DNA from: a virus
Taxonomy: Duplodnaviria; Caudoviricetes
Direction: 5' to 3' (one strand)
Length of the DNA stretch: 26,851 nucleotides
Virus record (IMG/VR): IMGVR_UViG_3300048858_000106
Span: 1-26,851 of that record
The notes under the pieces were generated by a model. The model was not told where the DNA came from and made no database searches. It saw only the letters and a list, made by a program, of their open reading frames with translations. The translations under genes and the position numbers were made by a program. Shown here one piece after another: positions 17,337 to 24,865 of this stretch. Each line of letters opens with the position of its first letter. Positions within the stretch are counted from its first letter, which is position 1.

Positions 17337-17890
17337 CAGAGGGGCGTGCCCGTCTGCGCGGCGCCGGCCTGGACGCCGGTGTGCTTGTGGTTCTTGAGGC
17401 TGATGCCGCCGCCGACCACGTCTTCGGAGACCATGGTTTTGCCGGTGATGTCGACCTTGCCGACGATCTTGACATCGGCGTTGATGGTTACCGTCTTTGC
17501 GTCGACCGTGAAGCTGCCGTCACCCGGCAGCTTGGCGGCGAGCGCATGGCTCTTGTGGTTGTAGGCCAGCACGGCGCCATCGGGGAACGAGACGTGCACG
17601 ACGTCGGGATCGTTCGAAGGAGGTGGGTTCGCGTCAGACCAGATGCCGAGGAGGACCAGGCCGTTGGCGAGATCGCCTTCGGGGCAGAGAACCGCGCACT
17701 GCTCGCCTTCAGTAGGTGGCGACCAGATCTTCATGCCGCCGGCGCGCCCCGTCACCCAGGGTAGGTCGCCGGTGACCAGGTTGCCCAGCTCGACGGTGCA
17801 TGTGCCGGCGGCATGATCGACAGACGCGACGGTGCCCAGCTGGAGCATCTCGCCAGCGGTGTGTTCGGGATCGGTCGCGGATCGGGCCAT
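17336..17890 (-). CDS. V: Baseplate spike gpV
   Basis: GTVASVD, LPWVTGRAG, WSPPTEGEQ and C-terminal ISLKNHKH (HxH). Start placed at ATG 17890. Confidence 0.92.
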   Translation of the reverse strand: MARSATDPEHTAGEMLQLGTVASVDHAAGTCTVELGNLVTGDLPWVTGRAGGMKIWSPPTEGEQCAVLCPEGDLANGLVLLGIWSDANPPPSNDPDVVHVSFPDGAVLAYNHKSHALAAKLPGDGSFTVDAKTVTINADVKIVGKVDITGKTMVSEDVVGGGISLKNHKHTGVQAGAAQTGTPL

Positions 17891-17932
17891 GCGGCGACCA
17901 TGTCCGGAAACCGGAACGCGCTGCGAGGCCCT

Positions 17933-17960
17933 GCATTTGGACAGGCGCCCGGCCAAATGC
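17933..17960 (-). promoter_or_regulatory. Candidate late-promoter activator box for the V-W-FI...D operon
   Basis: Palindrome GCATTTGG-N12-CCAAATGC centred about 56 bp upstream of the V ATG; GACATGG lies near the start. Confidence 0.72.
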
Positions 17961-18121
17961 CGCCGGCGACGATGCTTCGGCGACGCGTGTATGGAGGCGG
18001 TGCAACGACTGTGTTTCTCCCAAGCGCTTCAAGGAGCTGGCCAGGATCGCCAGACACAACACGTCGAAGGCCGGAACCATAACGAGCCCCGCGACGCTTC
18101 TGTCCGACAGGAGCGAGACAT

Positions 18122-18379
18122 ATGCCGATCTACCACATCAACGTTCGTACCGAGTCCCACATCGCGGACACGTTGGATGTTGAGAAGGAGAGCCTTACGG
18201 ATTTGCGAATAGAAATGGCGCGTTTCGTGGGTGAGTTGCTGAAGGATCACGCCGACTTAATTTGGATCGATCAGGATTGGCAGATCGACGTGACAAACGA
18301 CGACGGGCTGATCCTCTACGTGATTCAAATCTCTGCGTCAGAGACCCCCGCCACGGTCGGGACGCTTCCTCGCGCCTGA
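18122..18379 (+). CDS. DUF6894-like small protein (moron, opposite strand)
   Basis: MPIYHINV...WQIDVTNDDGLILYVI pattern, with an AGGAG ribosome-binding site. Confidence 0.72.
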   Translation: MPIYHINVRTESHIADTLDVEKESLTDLRIEMARFVGELLKDHADLIWIDQDWQIDVTNDDGLILYVIQISASETPATVGTLPRA

Positions 18380-18416
18380 TCGTTTCTCTGACGGGTTTTA
18401 CAAAGTACAGGATGAC

Positions 18417-18683
18417 ATGGAAGACGATAAGCCTCTCGACGCATTCGACGCCCATGAAGTGCTGCATACGGCTTCCATCATCGCCATCTTCTTCGAGAAC
18501 ACCATCGAGCGGCATCGTTTCACGCAGAGTAATCCGACGATCAGGGCTGCTGCAGAGTCGCTAAGCGCCGAGCTGCACGACTTCTACCAGCTCGTAGGGC
18601 GCGAGACCGGTGGCGAAGCTAGGGTGGCACGCTCCGCAAGCCGCGATACTGTGACGTCAGCCTCGAACGACGACGAGGGCTGA
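18417..18683 (+). CDS. Hypothetical protein (moron)
   Basis: 88-aa ORF with AGGA upstream and protein-like composition; convergent with the Dam-like gene. Confidence 0.65.
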   Translation: MEDDKPLDAFDAHEVLHTASIIAIFFENTIERHRFTQSNPTIRAAAESLSAELHDFYQLVGRETGGEARVARSASRDTVTSASNDDEG

Positions 18684-18705
18684 CGTAGACAGCTCAGTCG
18701 TCGTT
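18654..18705. terminator. Overlapping hairpins at the junction of convergent genes
   Basis: ACGTCAGCCTCG/CGAGGGCTGACGT (18654-18686) and AACGACGAC/GTCGTCGTT (18666-18705). No U-tract. Confidence 0.35.
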
Positions 18706-19512
18706 GTCCGCGAGCTGGTAGTTGCTGATCAGCAACTCGCCGGCCGTGCGCGCCTTAGCGCCGATAGTGTACGTCGTGGCGATCGGCGCGACGGTGAAGC
18801 TACTGAAGCACTCGCGCGCGCCTTCGTTGTCGTTAAGCGACATCAGGAACTTGCCCTTGATGCCGGCGAGCTGCTCGGCCAGCTGGGCGAAGTCGGCGCG
18901 GCTGAAGACGCCGGGGCCGTAGTCGGTCTCGCAAGCCCAGTAGGGTGGATCGAGGTAGAACAGCGCGCCCTCGCGATCGTAGCGACGGATGAAGTCCGCA
19001 TAGGGCAGGCGCTCGATCGTGACCGACTGCAAGCGTTCGTGGATCTCGGCGAGGAGCGGCTCCAGCTTGCCAACGTCGAAGCGCGCTGGCGCGGCGGCAT
19101 CGACGCCGAAGTTTCGGCCCGAGACCTTGCCGCCGAACGCCAGGCGCTGGACGTAGAGGAAGCGAACCGCGCGTTGCAGATCCGTGAGGCGATCGGGATC
19201 GAGGCCGAGCAGGCGCTCGAACTCGGCGCGGCTCGCGACGCGGAAGCGCAGCATGTCGACCAGGTAGGGGTAGTGCTCGGCAAGGCAGCGGAACAGCGTG
19301 ACGACGTCGCCCGAGATATCGTTGATCGCCTCCGCACGCGGGCGGCGGCTGCGGCGCAGGAAGATGCCGCCCATGCCCACGAAGGGCTCGGCGTAGCTGC
19401 TGTGAGGCGTGCGCTCGATGATGGCGCAGATGCGCTTGGCCAAGTTGCGTTTGCCACCGATGTAGCCGGCGACGGGGGAGACCGGACGAACCGGAACAAA
19501 AGCGGTAGACAT
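18694..19512 (-). CDS. Dam-like (D12 class) DNA adenine methyltransferase
   Basis: YIGGKR, YAEPFVGMGGIF, EAINDIS, FYLDPPY, GKFLMSLND, ELLISNY. Start at ATG 19512. Confidence 0.93.
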   Translation of the reverse strand: MSTAFVPVRPVSPVAGYIGGKRNLAKRICAIIERTPHSSYAEPFVGMGGIFLRRSRRPRAEAINDISGDVVTLFRCLAEHYPYLVDMLRFRVASRAEFERLLGLDPDRLTDLQRAVRFLYVQRLAFGGKVSGRNFGVDAAAPARFDVGKLEPLLAEIHERLQSVTIERLPYADFIRRYDREGALFYLDPPYWACETDYGPGVFSRADFAQLAEQLAGIKGKFLMSLNDNEGARECFSSFTVAPIATTYTIGAKARTAGELLISNYQLADNDD

Positions 19513-19676
19513 GTAGGATTTCCTGCAAGATTGACCTTGCCCGGTGTGCCGGGAAGGGGAACTCGGACGGGCGGGCGCGCCGCCAGATGAGTGCGAGTGC
19601 AGGCTCGCGGCTTTTGGATGTGGGGACATCCGAAGTCCCCCTTCTTACAGGGGGTAGGCACCGGCGAGAAGCCGGC

Positions 19677-19697
19677 GCATTTGCTCAGGCAGTTGGC
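19677..19697 (-). promoter_or_regulatory. Half-site copy of the candidate activator box upstream of the Dam-like gene
   Basis: GCATTTGC-TCAGGCAGTTGG-C keeps the CRGGC and G spacer positions. Candidate -10 TAAGAA (19642-19647, minus strand) lies 30 bp away. Confidence 0.4.
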
Positions 19698-20179
19698 TGC
19701 GGCAGGCCCTTTACCACGCGCTCGAAGTCGATGGTGGGCGTGGTCAGCACGGCTTCGCACTCGTCCTGGGAGATGAGGCCCTTGGTGACGAGCACGCCAA
19801 TCGAAGGGCGCAGATCGGGACGTCGCAGGTCAATGTACTCGCGCGGCATGAGCAGGGTGATGAGGCCCTGCACCACCGGATCGGTGTTGCTGGTGATCTG
19901 GATGCCCTTGGCTCCGAAGCGATCGAAGAAGGCGCCCTTGCTGACCCACCAGTAATGCTCTGGCGCATTCGCCCAGGTCAGCGCGGGTGCCGGTTCAGGC
20001 TCGGGCTGCGGCTCGGGCGCGGGCGGTGCGGACCATGTCCCGTCCACCAAGCGCCAGCCTGGCTGCACCGCTGCCGGCACCGTGACGAACTCGGCCGCGA
20101 TGCTCGGGTGAAAGTGCTTGGCCGGTTCGGTGGACACGTCCACCGCTATGCCGTCGATGATGCGGGCCTTGTTCGCCAT
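19685..20179 (-). CDS. Putative tail fibre assembly/accessory protein
   Basis: Follows the Gly-rich fibre gene; VQPGWRLVDGTWSAPP, a PE-rich linker, then KGAFFDRF. Confidence 0.65.
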   Translation of the reverse strand: MANKARIIDGIAVDVSTEPAKHFHPSIAAEFVTVPAAVQPGWRLVDGTWSAPPAPEPQPEPEPAPALTWANAPEHYWWVSKGAFFDRFGAKGIQITSNTDPVVQGLITLLMPREYIDLRRPDLRPSIGVLVTKGLISQDECEAVLTTPTIDFERVVKGLPQPTA

Positions 20180-20181
20180 GC

Positions 20182-21159
20182 TTACCACTCCACCACGCAA
20201 AGGCCGCTGCCGCCCGAGCCTACGGAGGAATTGCTTCCACCCCCAGGAACGCCGCCGTTTCCAACGGTCACTGTGTAGGTCACGCCCGGCACGACTGTGA
20301 ACACGCCGTGCGCGTAACCACCACCGCCACCGCCGCCGCCATTCCCTATGCTGCCGTTCGCGTAACTGCCGCCGCCAGCGCCTATACCGCCGCTCCCGGC
20401 GCCGTTCACACCCGCGCCACCGCCGCCGCCATGCCCGCCATGACCACCGCCGCCATTCATCGAGCCATTGGAGCCGCCGCCACCACCCGGCGCGCCTTCT
20501 CCCCCCGTCAAGCTAGAGCCGCCAGCACCCGGGAAACAGTCGAACGGGAAGCGCATCACCGCGTAGGCCGCGCTTGACGCTCTCTCTAATCCTATCTGCG
20601 CGCTCGAACTTGGCGCCAGGGTGTTTCCTGCAGAGTCGGGCGCCCCAAGTCGCCTGCCCCCATCGCCGTAGGCCGAACCGCCGGAACCGGCAATAGAGCC
20701 GCCCTTTCCGCCAGCAACTCCGCCGCCGCCGCCGGTCTGCGAACCGCCAGGGCCTCCATTCCCGAGTTGCGATCCAGCGCCGCCGCCGCCGCCGTTGTCG
20801 TTGCCACCCTTTCCGCCCGAGGCGATAAAGTCGCCCCCAAACCCGGCGCCACCAAAGCCGCCTGTCCGGCCCTGACTGTACGCCGCGCCGCCCGCGCCAC
20901 CTGTCGCAGATAGCAAGGCTCCAAAAGACGTGGTCCCGCCTGCACCGCCCGCATCGGACGTGTGGCCAGCGGCGCCGCCGGCACCGACTACGCGAACGCG
21001 CAGCTTCGTGACGCCTGCGGGCACCACGAACGTCGCGTTTGAGGTGAACCAGCGATAGTTGCCGCTTTGGAACACGCCCATGACGCCAGCCACCAGGCCG
21101 GCTGCGCTTCCGTAAAGAGCAGTTGTAGTCAGGGTCTCGCTGGAAAGATAACGTGACAT
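20182..21159 (-). CDS. Glycine-rich tail fibre-associated protein
   Basis: FTSNATFVVPAGVTKLRVRVVGAGG...GGGGG runs...VTVGNGG...GGSGLCVVEW. Confidence 0.8.
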   Translation of the reverse strand: MSRYLSSETLTTTALYGSAAGLVAGVMGVFQSGNYRWFTSNATFVVPAGVTKLRVRVVGAGGAAGHTSDAGGAGGTTSFGALLSATGGAGGAAYSQGRTGGFGGAGFGGDFIASGGKGGNDNGGGGGAGSQLGNGGPGGSQTGGGGGVAGGKGGSIAGSGGSAYGDGGRRLGAPDSAGNTLAPSSSAQIGLERASSAAYAVMRFPFDCFPGAGGSSLTGGEGAPGGGGGSNGSMNGGGGHGGHGGGGGAGVNGAGSGGIGAGGGSYANGSIGNGGGGGGGGYAHGVFTVVPGVTYTVTVGNGGVPGGGSNSSVGSGGSGLCVVEW

Positions 21160-21173
21160 ATCGAACCCCTAGA

Positions 21174-21482
21174 TTAAGCGGCAGGAACGCCGTGCGCGCG
21201 CGCCGAAACCGTCGCCGAATCGCTCCGCACCCAGATTTTCTCGCCGGCGGACAACGCCAGGCCGCCGTTTTCCAAGATGCCCTTGGGCGAGATCACGGCA
21301 TCGTATTCGAAGTAATCAGCCGCTGCGGGGGCGACGCCGGCGCCGATCGCCAGGCGAACGACTGCCGCCATGGCGCCACGGTTCACCAGTCGCACGTTCA
21401 CGATCATGGTTTCATCCGCCGTTCCCAGTAGCGTGTCCGTGTTGGCTGCAAGGTCGGCAGACCCCAGCTTACCTGTGCTCAT
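21174..21482 (-). CDS. Small beta-rich tail-associated protein
   Basis: MSTGKLGSADLAANT...; ATGA overlap with H. Confidence 0.75.
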   Translation of the reverse strand: MSTGKLGSADLAANTDTLLGTADETMIVNVRLVNRGAMAAVVRLAIGAGVAPAAADYFEYDAVISPKGILENGGLALSAGEKIWVRSDSATVSARAHGVPAA

Positions 21483-22324
21483 GTCATCTGCCCCATGAAG
21501 TATGCCTTGCCGGCGACCATCCGCCGGAGCTTGAACGGCTCGTTCGGTTCGTTCTGAACAAACCAGATGAGCTGGCCGGCGGTGAGCGGGGCCTGCAGCT
21601 GCAGCTGGGTCTCGTTCAGAATGGTGTAGTCGAAGACGCGAACGCCCTCGATGTAGACCGCCACGCCGACGGTGGAGCACTTGGTGAGCGTGAAGACGGT
21701 CTGCCCGGCCACGGCCGTGTGCGATTCCTTGATCACGTCGACCACAATGTTGAGGGCGTCAGTGATGTTGGCCCACTCGGTATCGCCGTCCGCGTTCGAC
21801 TTCTTGCGCAGCACCTGGCCAGTGGTGCCGCCCGGGATCAGGTAAGCGCGCGTGATTGTCGCCAGCACCCACTGCCTGGTGGCGAGCACAAGGTTGCCGT
21901 CGACCACAAGATTGACCACGTTGGAGTTGCGCACCTTCATGGCCGCCTGCACGATCATATCCCGGGTGCTGCCATCGGCGGGTATCGGCTTCCACGTTGC
22001 CGGGAAGTTGGCGTAGGCGAACAGATCGCCATCATCATCGAACACGCCGACTTCATGGATCGCGAAGTTGCCGATGTCCGAAGGGATCAGCAGCTCGGCC
22101 AGCATCATCGAGGGATCGTTCGCGTTTACCGAGAGCGCGTTGATGTTGGCGCGGTAGACTTCACGAACGAGTGCGGTCTCATTGCCGGTGGGCAGCGCGA
22201 CCGGATTACCGTTGCCATCTCCTACGGCCATTTGCGTGAGGTTGACGCCGCCGGTACCGGCGGTCGCCGCTGCGATCTTGGCCGCGCCGATCGCGGTCAG
22301 CCTCATGATGTAGTTCATGGCCAT
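21479..22324 (-). CDS. H: Short tail fibre anchor protein (gpH N-terminal/DUF3751 domain)
   Basis: LTAIGAAKIA, LTQMAVGDGNG, LVREVYRA, IHEVGVFDDDGDLFA, VLATRQWV. Confidence 0.87.
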   Translation of the reverse strand: MAMNYIMRLTAIGAAKIAAATAGTGGVNLTQMAVGDGNGNPVALPTGNETALVREVYRANINALSVNANDPSMMLAELLIPSDIGNFAIHEVGVFDDDGDLFAYANFPATWKPIPADGSTRDMIVQAAMKVRNSNVVNLVVDGNLVLATRQWVLATITRAYLIPGGTTGQVLRKKSNADGDTEWANITDALNIVVDVIKESHTAVAGQTVFTLTKCSTVGVAVYIEGVRVFDYTILNETQLQLQAPLTAGQLIWFVQNEPNEPFKLRRMVAGKAYFMGQMT

Positions 22325-22965
22325 CAAGCGGCCTCCAAGACGAGGATGTTATCGAAGCTGCCGTCGAGCGAGAGCATCGTCTCGGGCGTGCCATCGAGCG
22401 AAAGGGCGTTGGGCACGTCAGGCTCGAAGTACGCAGCGATGCTGACGATCTCGCCGCTCAGGACCGCGCCACCGAAGTGAAGCTCGGCTTGTGTCTTGGC
22501 GAGCACCTCGACGCCGGTCATGTGGCTGCGCGTGTTCTTGGTGGAGTTCGCGACGGCCACAACCGTGTCGAGCGCATCCTTGTTGGGGATGCCTTCCTGG
22601 TCGACCGTCACGCGCACGCCAAAGGTGCAGGGCACGCCCACGGGGCGCAGCTCGTGCCACTCGCGCACTTCCAGATCGTGCCCGAGCGCCGAAAGCGCGT
22701 CCTTGAGCGCGCCGACGGTCCCCTTGCGGCGGTGGACCGAGATGCTCGAGCGTGCGACGCCTCGCTGCTGGGATTCCGACCAGTTGGTGTCCCACTTGTC
22801 GACGCTCAGATCCCAGGCCACCCATGGCAGGAACCGAGGCGGACAGCTGTCGGGCGAGCGCACGTCGCGGATCGGCACGGGAAAGTCGAGCAGGCCGGCG
22901 GCGACCTGCTCGAGCGCCTTTTCCATCGGCGTGGAAGCCGGGGGCAGGAGCGTTGGGTAGCTCAC
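22324..22965 (-). CDS. I: P2 tail protein I
   Basis: LLPPASTPMEKAL, CPPRFLPWVAWDLSVDKW, HRRKGTVGAL. Confidence 0.93.
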   Translation of the reverse strand: MSYPTLLPPASTPMEKALEQVAAGLLDFPVPIRDVRSPDSCPPRFLPWVAWDLSVDKWDTNWSESQQRGVARSSISVHRRKGTVGALKDALSALGHDLEVREWHELRPVGVPCTFGVRVTVDQEGIPNKDALDTVVAVANSTKNTRSHMTGVEVLAKTQAELHFGGAVLSGEIVSIAAYFEPDVPNALSLDGTPETMLSLDGSFDNILVLEAA

Positions 22966-23969
22966 TCGCCAGATCCGGCGTGCGTGATGGTGATGCCGGT
23001 GCAGTGCGGCGCCTGCTGGCGCGAGACGGTGATGTCCTCTGCGGGCGCCGTAAGGACGACGTTCTGCACGCCTTCGGCATGGAGGGCGGCGAACAGCCCG
23101 GAACGGGTCACGTCACGCCCCAGGCGGCGGCTCTCGGCGACATAGGCGTCGAGCCTCGATCGAGCCGACGCGAGCACGACGCTGCTGTCGGGACCGCTGT
23201 ACGTGCGGATCGTGGCTTCGACTTCGTACTCCACGATCTGGGCCGCGGCGGTGACGACGTGGTCGGTGAGGGGCCGGATCGACTCGTCATCGAGGTGAGC
23301 CGCTACCTTCGACACCAGGTCGGCGGATGCGGTGCCGTCTCCCGAACGCGCCAGGATCGAAACGACGACCTCGCCAGGCCAAGTCGCGCTGTTGAGTGCC
23401 GCGGTCATGTCGGCGACGAGCTCAGGCGAGGCGTCCCGCTCGGCTAGCAGGTCGAGGACTAGCGTGCGGATGTCGTCAGGCTTTGGGCTGAAGGCGCTGG
23501 CGTCGAGCACGTCGGCGTCCGCCGAAAGGGCATGGAAGATGTATGCGCCTTCCGGGCCGGCGACCGAGAAGCCCTCAGGCGCCAGCACCATGCGCCGGCG
23601 GAATTCTGTGTCGCTTTCCATCACCGCCGGGGTGCCGAGCTGAGGGTCGGCCGGGATGATAAGCAGGCGCGCGATGCCGAAGGTGGCTGCGATATTATCG
23701 AGATCGGCGCCGACAGCGTAGGCGGGCATGACGGCCCGGGCCGCATCGTTGACGCGCTGGCGCAGCATGTGGGCGAGGTAGGCGAAAGTCTGCAGGAGCT
23801 TGGTGGCAGGATCGCTGTCGCGGCTCTCGAAGACCACGCCACTGGCGGCCATCTCGGCGCGGAACCGCGCGATGGCATCCTCTACGATCGCCTCATAGCT
23901 GAGTGGCTCGATGATGTCGGGCGCAGGCAGGCGCGACAGATCCACAGCGGTGAAGGTTTGATCGGCCAT
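22962..23969 (-). CDS. J: Baseplate J protein
   Basis: VDLSRLPAPDIIE, RQRVNDAARA, FSVAGPEGAYIFHALSA, RPLTDHV. Start at ATG 23969. Confidence 0.94.
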   Translation of the reverse strand: MADQTFTAVDLSRLPAPDIIEPLSYEAIVEDAIARFRAEMAASGVVFESRDSDPATKLLQTFAYLAHMLRQRVNDAARAVMPAYAVGADLDNIAATFGIARLLIIPADPQLGTPAVMESDTEFRRRMVLAPEGFSVAGPEGAYIFHALSADADVLDASAFSPKPDDIRTLVLDLLAERDASPELVADMTAALNSATWPGEVVVSILARSGDGTASADLVSKVAAHLDDESIRPLTDHVVTAAAQIVEYEVEATIRTYSGPDSSVVLASARSRLDAYVAESRRLGRDVTRSGLFAALHAEGVQNVVLTAPAEDITVSRQQAPHCTGITITHAGSGE

Positions 23970-24008
23970 GAAGCCATGTCGCGGGTGGGGAGGGGCTGTT
24001 GCTAGTGC

Positions 24009-24040
24009 CGGCATTTGGACGGGCGGCTGTCCAAATGCCG
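24009..24040 (-). promoter_or_regulatory. Candidate late-promoter activator box for the J-I-H operon
   Basis: Perfect 12-bp arms CGGCATTTGGAC-N8-GTCCAAATGCCG centred about 55 bp upstream of the J ATG; GACATGG lies near the start. Confidence 0.72.
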
Positions 24041-24050
24041 CGCGGCCGGA

Positions 24051-24854
24051 TCACCGCATCATCACAGCGAACTTGCGCACCACTGCAGTGCCCATGCCTT
24101 TCTCGGGCTCCACGCCGATTGCCGCGCCGTTGATCCACCACTCACCTTTTACGATGCCAGCAGCGCGCAGGAAGTCGAGCGCGCCCTTGCCGTCGAAGGT
24201 GCCCTTGACCTTCCGCCCCGTGGCGTTGTCAGGCGTGAACGTGACGAACATGCCCGCGGCACCGCCGACGTTGGCTGCGACCTTCCACGACTGCTTGTAG
24301 CGGTCCTTGAAGGTGCCGAGCTGCTTGCCCGTGGCCGCCCATGCGCGGGTTGCGAGTGGCGCGTTCCAGTACCAGCCTATCTCGATGGCCTTGCTGTTGG
24401 CATCGCCGGCCTTCGTGGTCAGGTAGAACTCGCCCAGACCGTTGTAGCCGTTGTAGCCGGTCGAGTAGCCGCCAGCGTCTTCCACCTCATAGTCCAGTGT
24501 GAAGGCAGCGATGCTGGACACCTGACGGCGCGCGACGGGGCTGCGCACCAGGCCGCCGTCGTAGTTGCCCCAAGCGACGTGGTTGTATGCACGCACGCCG
24601 CATCTGGGCGACGTTACCAACGGCCAGCGCCACGATAGCTGCACGTTGGTCGCGGTCGCCAGGTTGCCCGGGTGGTAGGCGATCGTGTCAGAGTAGTCGC
24701 GGCCAGCGACAAGGCCGTCAGCGCACCATGGCGAGGCGTAGACCATGTGCTGACCTTCGGCGCCGTCCCATTGGCGGTCGGTCTTGACGATGGTCTGGCC
24801 GAGGGCGGGGGCGGCGAGGAGGGCCAGGGCGAGGGTGATGAAGGCGCGGATCAT
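24051..24854 (-). CDS. Secreted GH12-like glycoside hydrolase
   Basis: Signal peptide MIRAFITLALALLAAPALG. GH12-like blocks in order: VRAYNHVAWG, VSSI, YNGLGEFYL, IEIGWYW (nucleophile Glu position), DFLRAAG, INGAAIGVEP (acid/base Glu position). Confidence 0.68.
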   Translation of the reverse strand: MIRAFITLALALLAAPALGQTIVKTDRQWDGAEGQHMVYASPWCADGLVAGRDYSDTIAYHPGNLATATNVQLSWRWPLVTSPRCGVRAYNHVAWGNYDGGLVRSPVARRQVSSIAAFTLDYEVEDAGGYSTGYNGYNGLGEFYLTTKAGDANSKAIEIGWYWNAPLATRAWAATGKQLGTFKDRYKQSWKVAANVGGAAGMFVTFTPDNATGRKVKGTFDGKGALDFLRAAGIVKGEWWINGAAIGVEPEKGMGTAVVRKFAVMMR

Positions 24855-24865
24855 GGTACTGGTTC

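Noticed and set aside
15792-17564. 590-aa plus-strand ORF and similar long antisense ORFs (2849-3745, 6300-7187, 13702-14580, 24914-25738)
   Set aside because: These are shadow frames of well-supported minus-strand genes, which is common in high-GC DNA.
19494-19508. GAAC-N7-GTAG at the start of the Dam-like gene as a second LexA box
   Set aside because: It has two mismatches to GAAC-N7-GAAC and lies within coding sequence.
20182-21159. GCC/CCG repeat runs as a tandem repeat, CRISPR array or DGR target
   Set aside because: They are explained by poly-Gly codons. There is no repeat-spacer periodicity, reverse transcriptase or template repeat in the window.
10863-23969. Stand-alone tailocin or extracellular contractile injection system
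   Set aside because: The repressor switch, early operon and AlpA indicate a prophage. Head genes may lie outside the window, so this cannot be fully excluded.
24009-24040. Palindrome as an intrinsic terminator of the GH12 gene
   Set aside because: There is no U-tract, and the same sequence recurs at the same distance upstream of V, where no co-oriented gene ends nearby. A binding site fits better.
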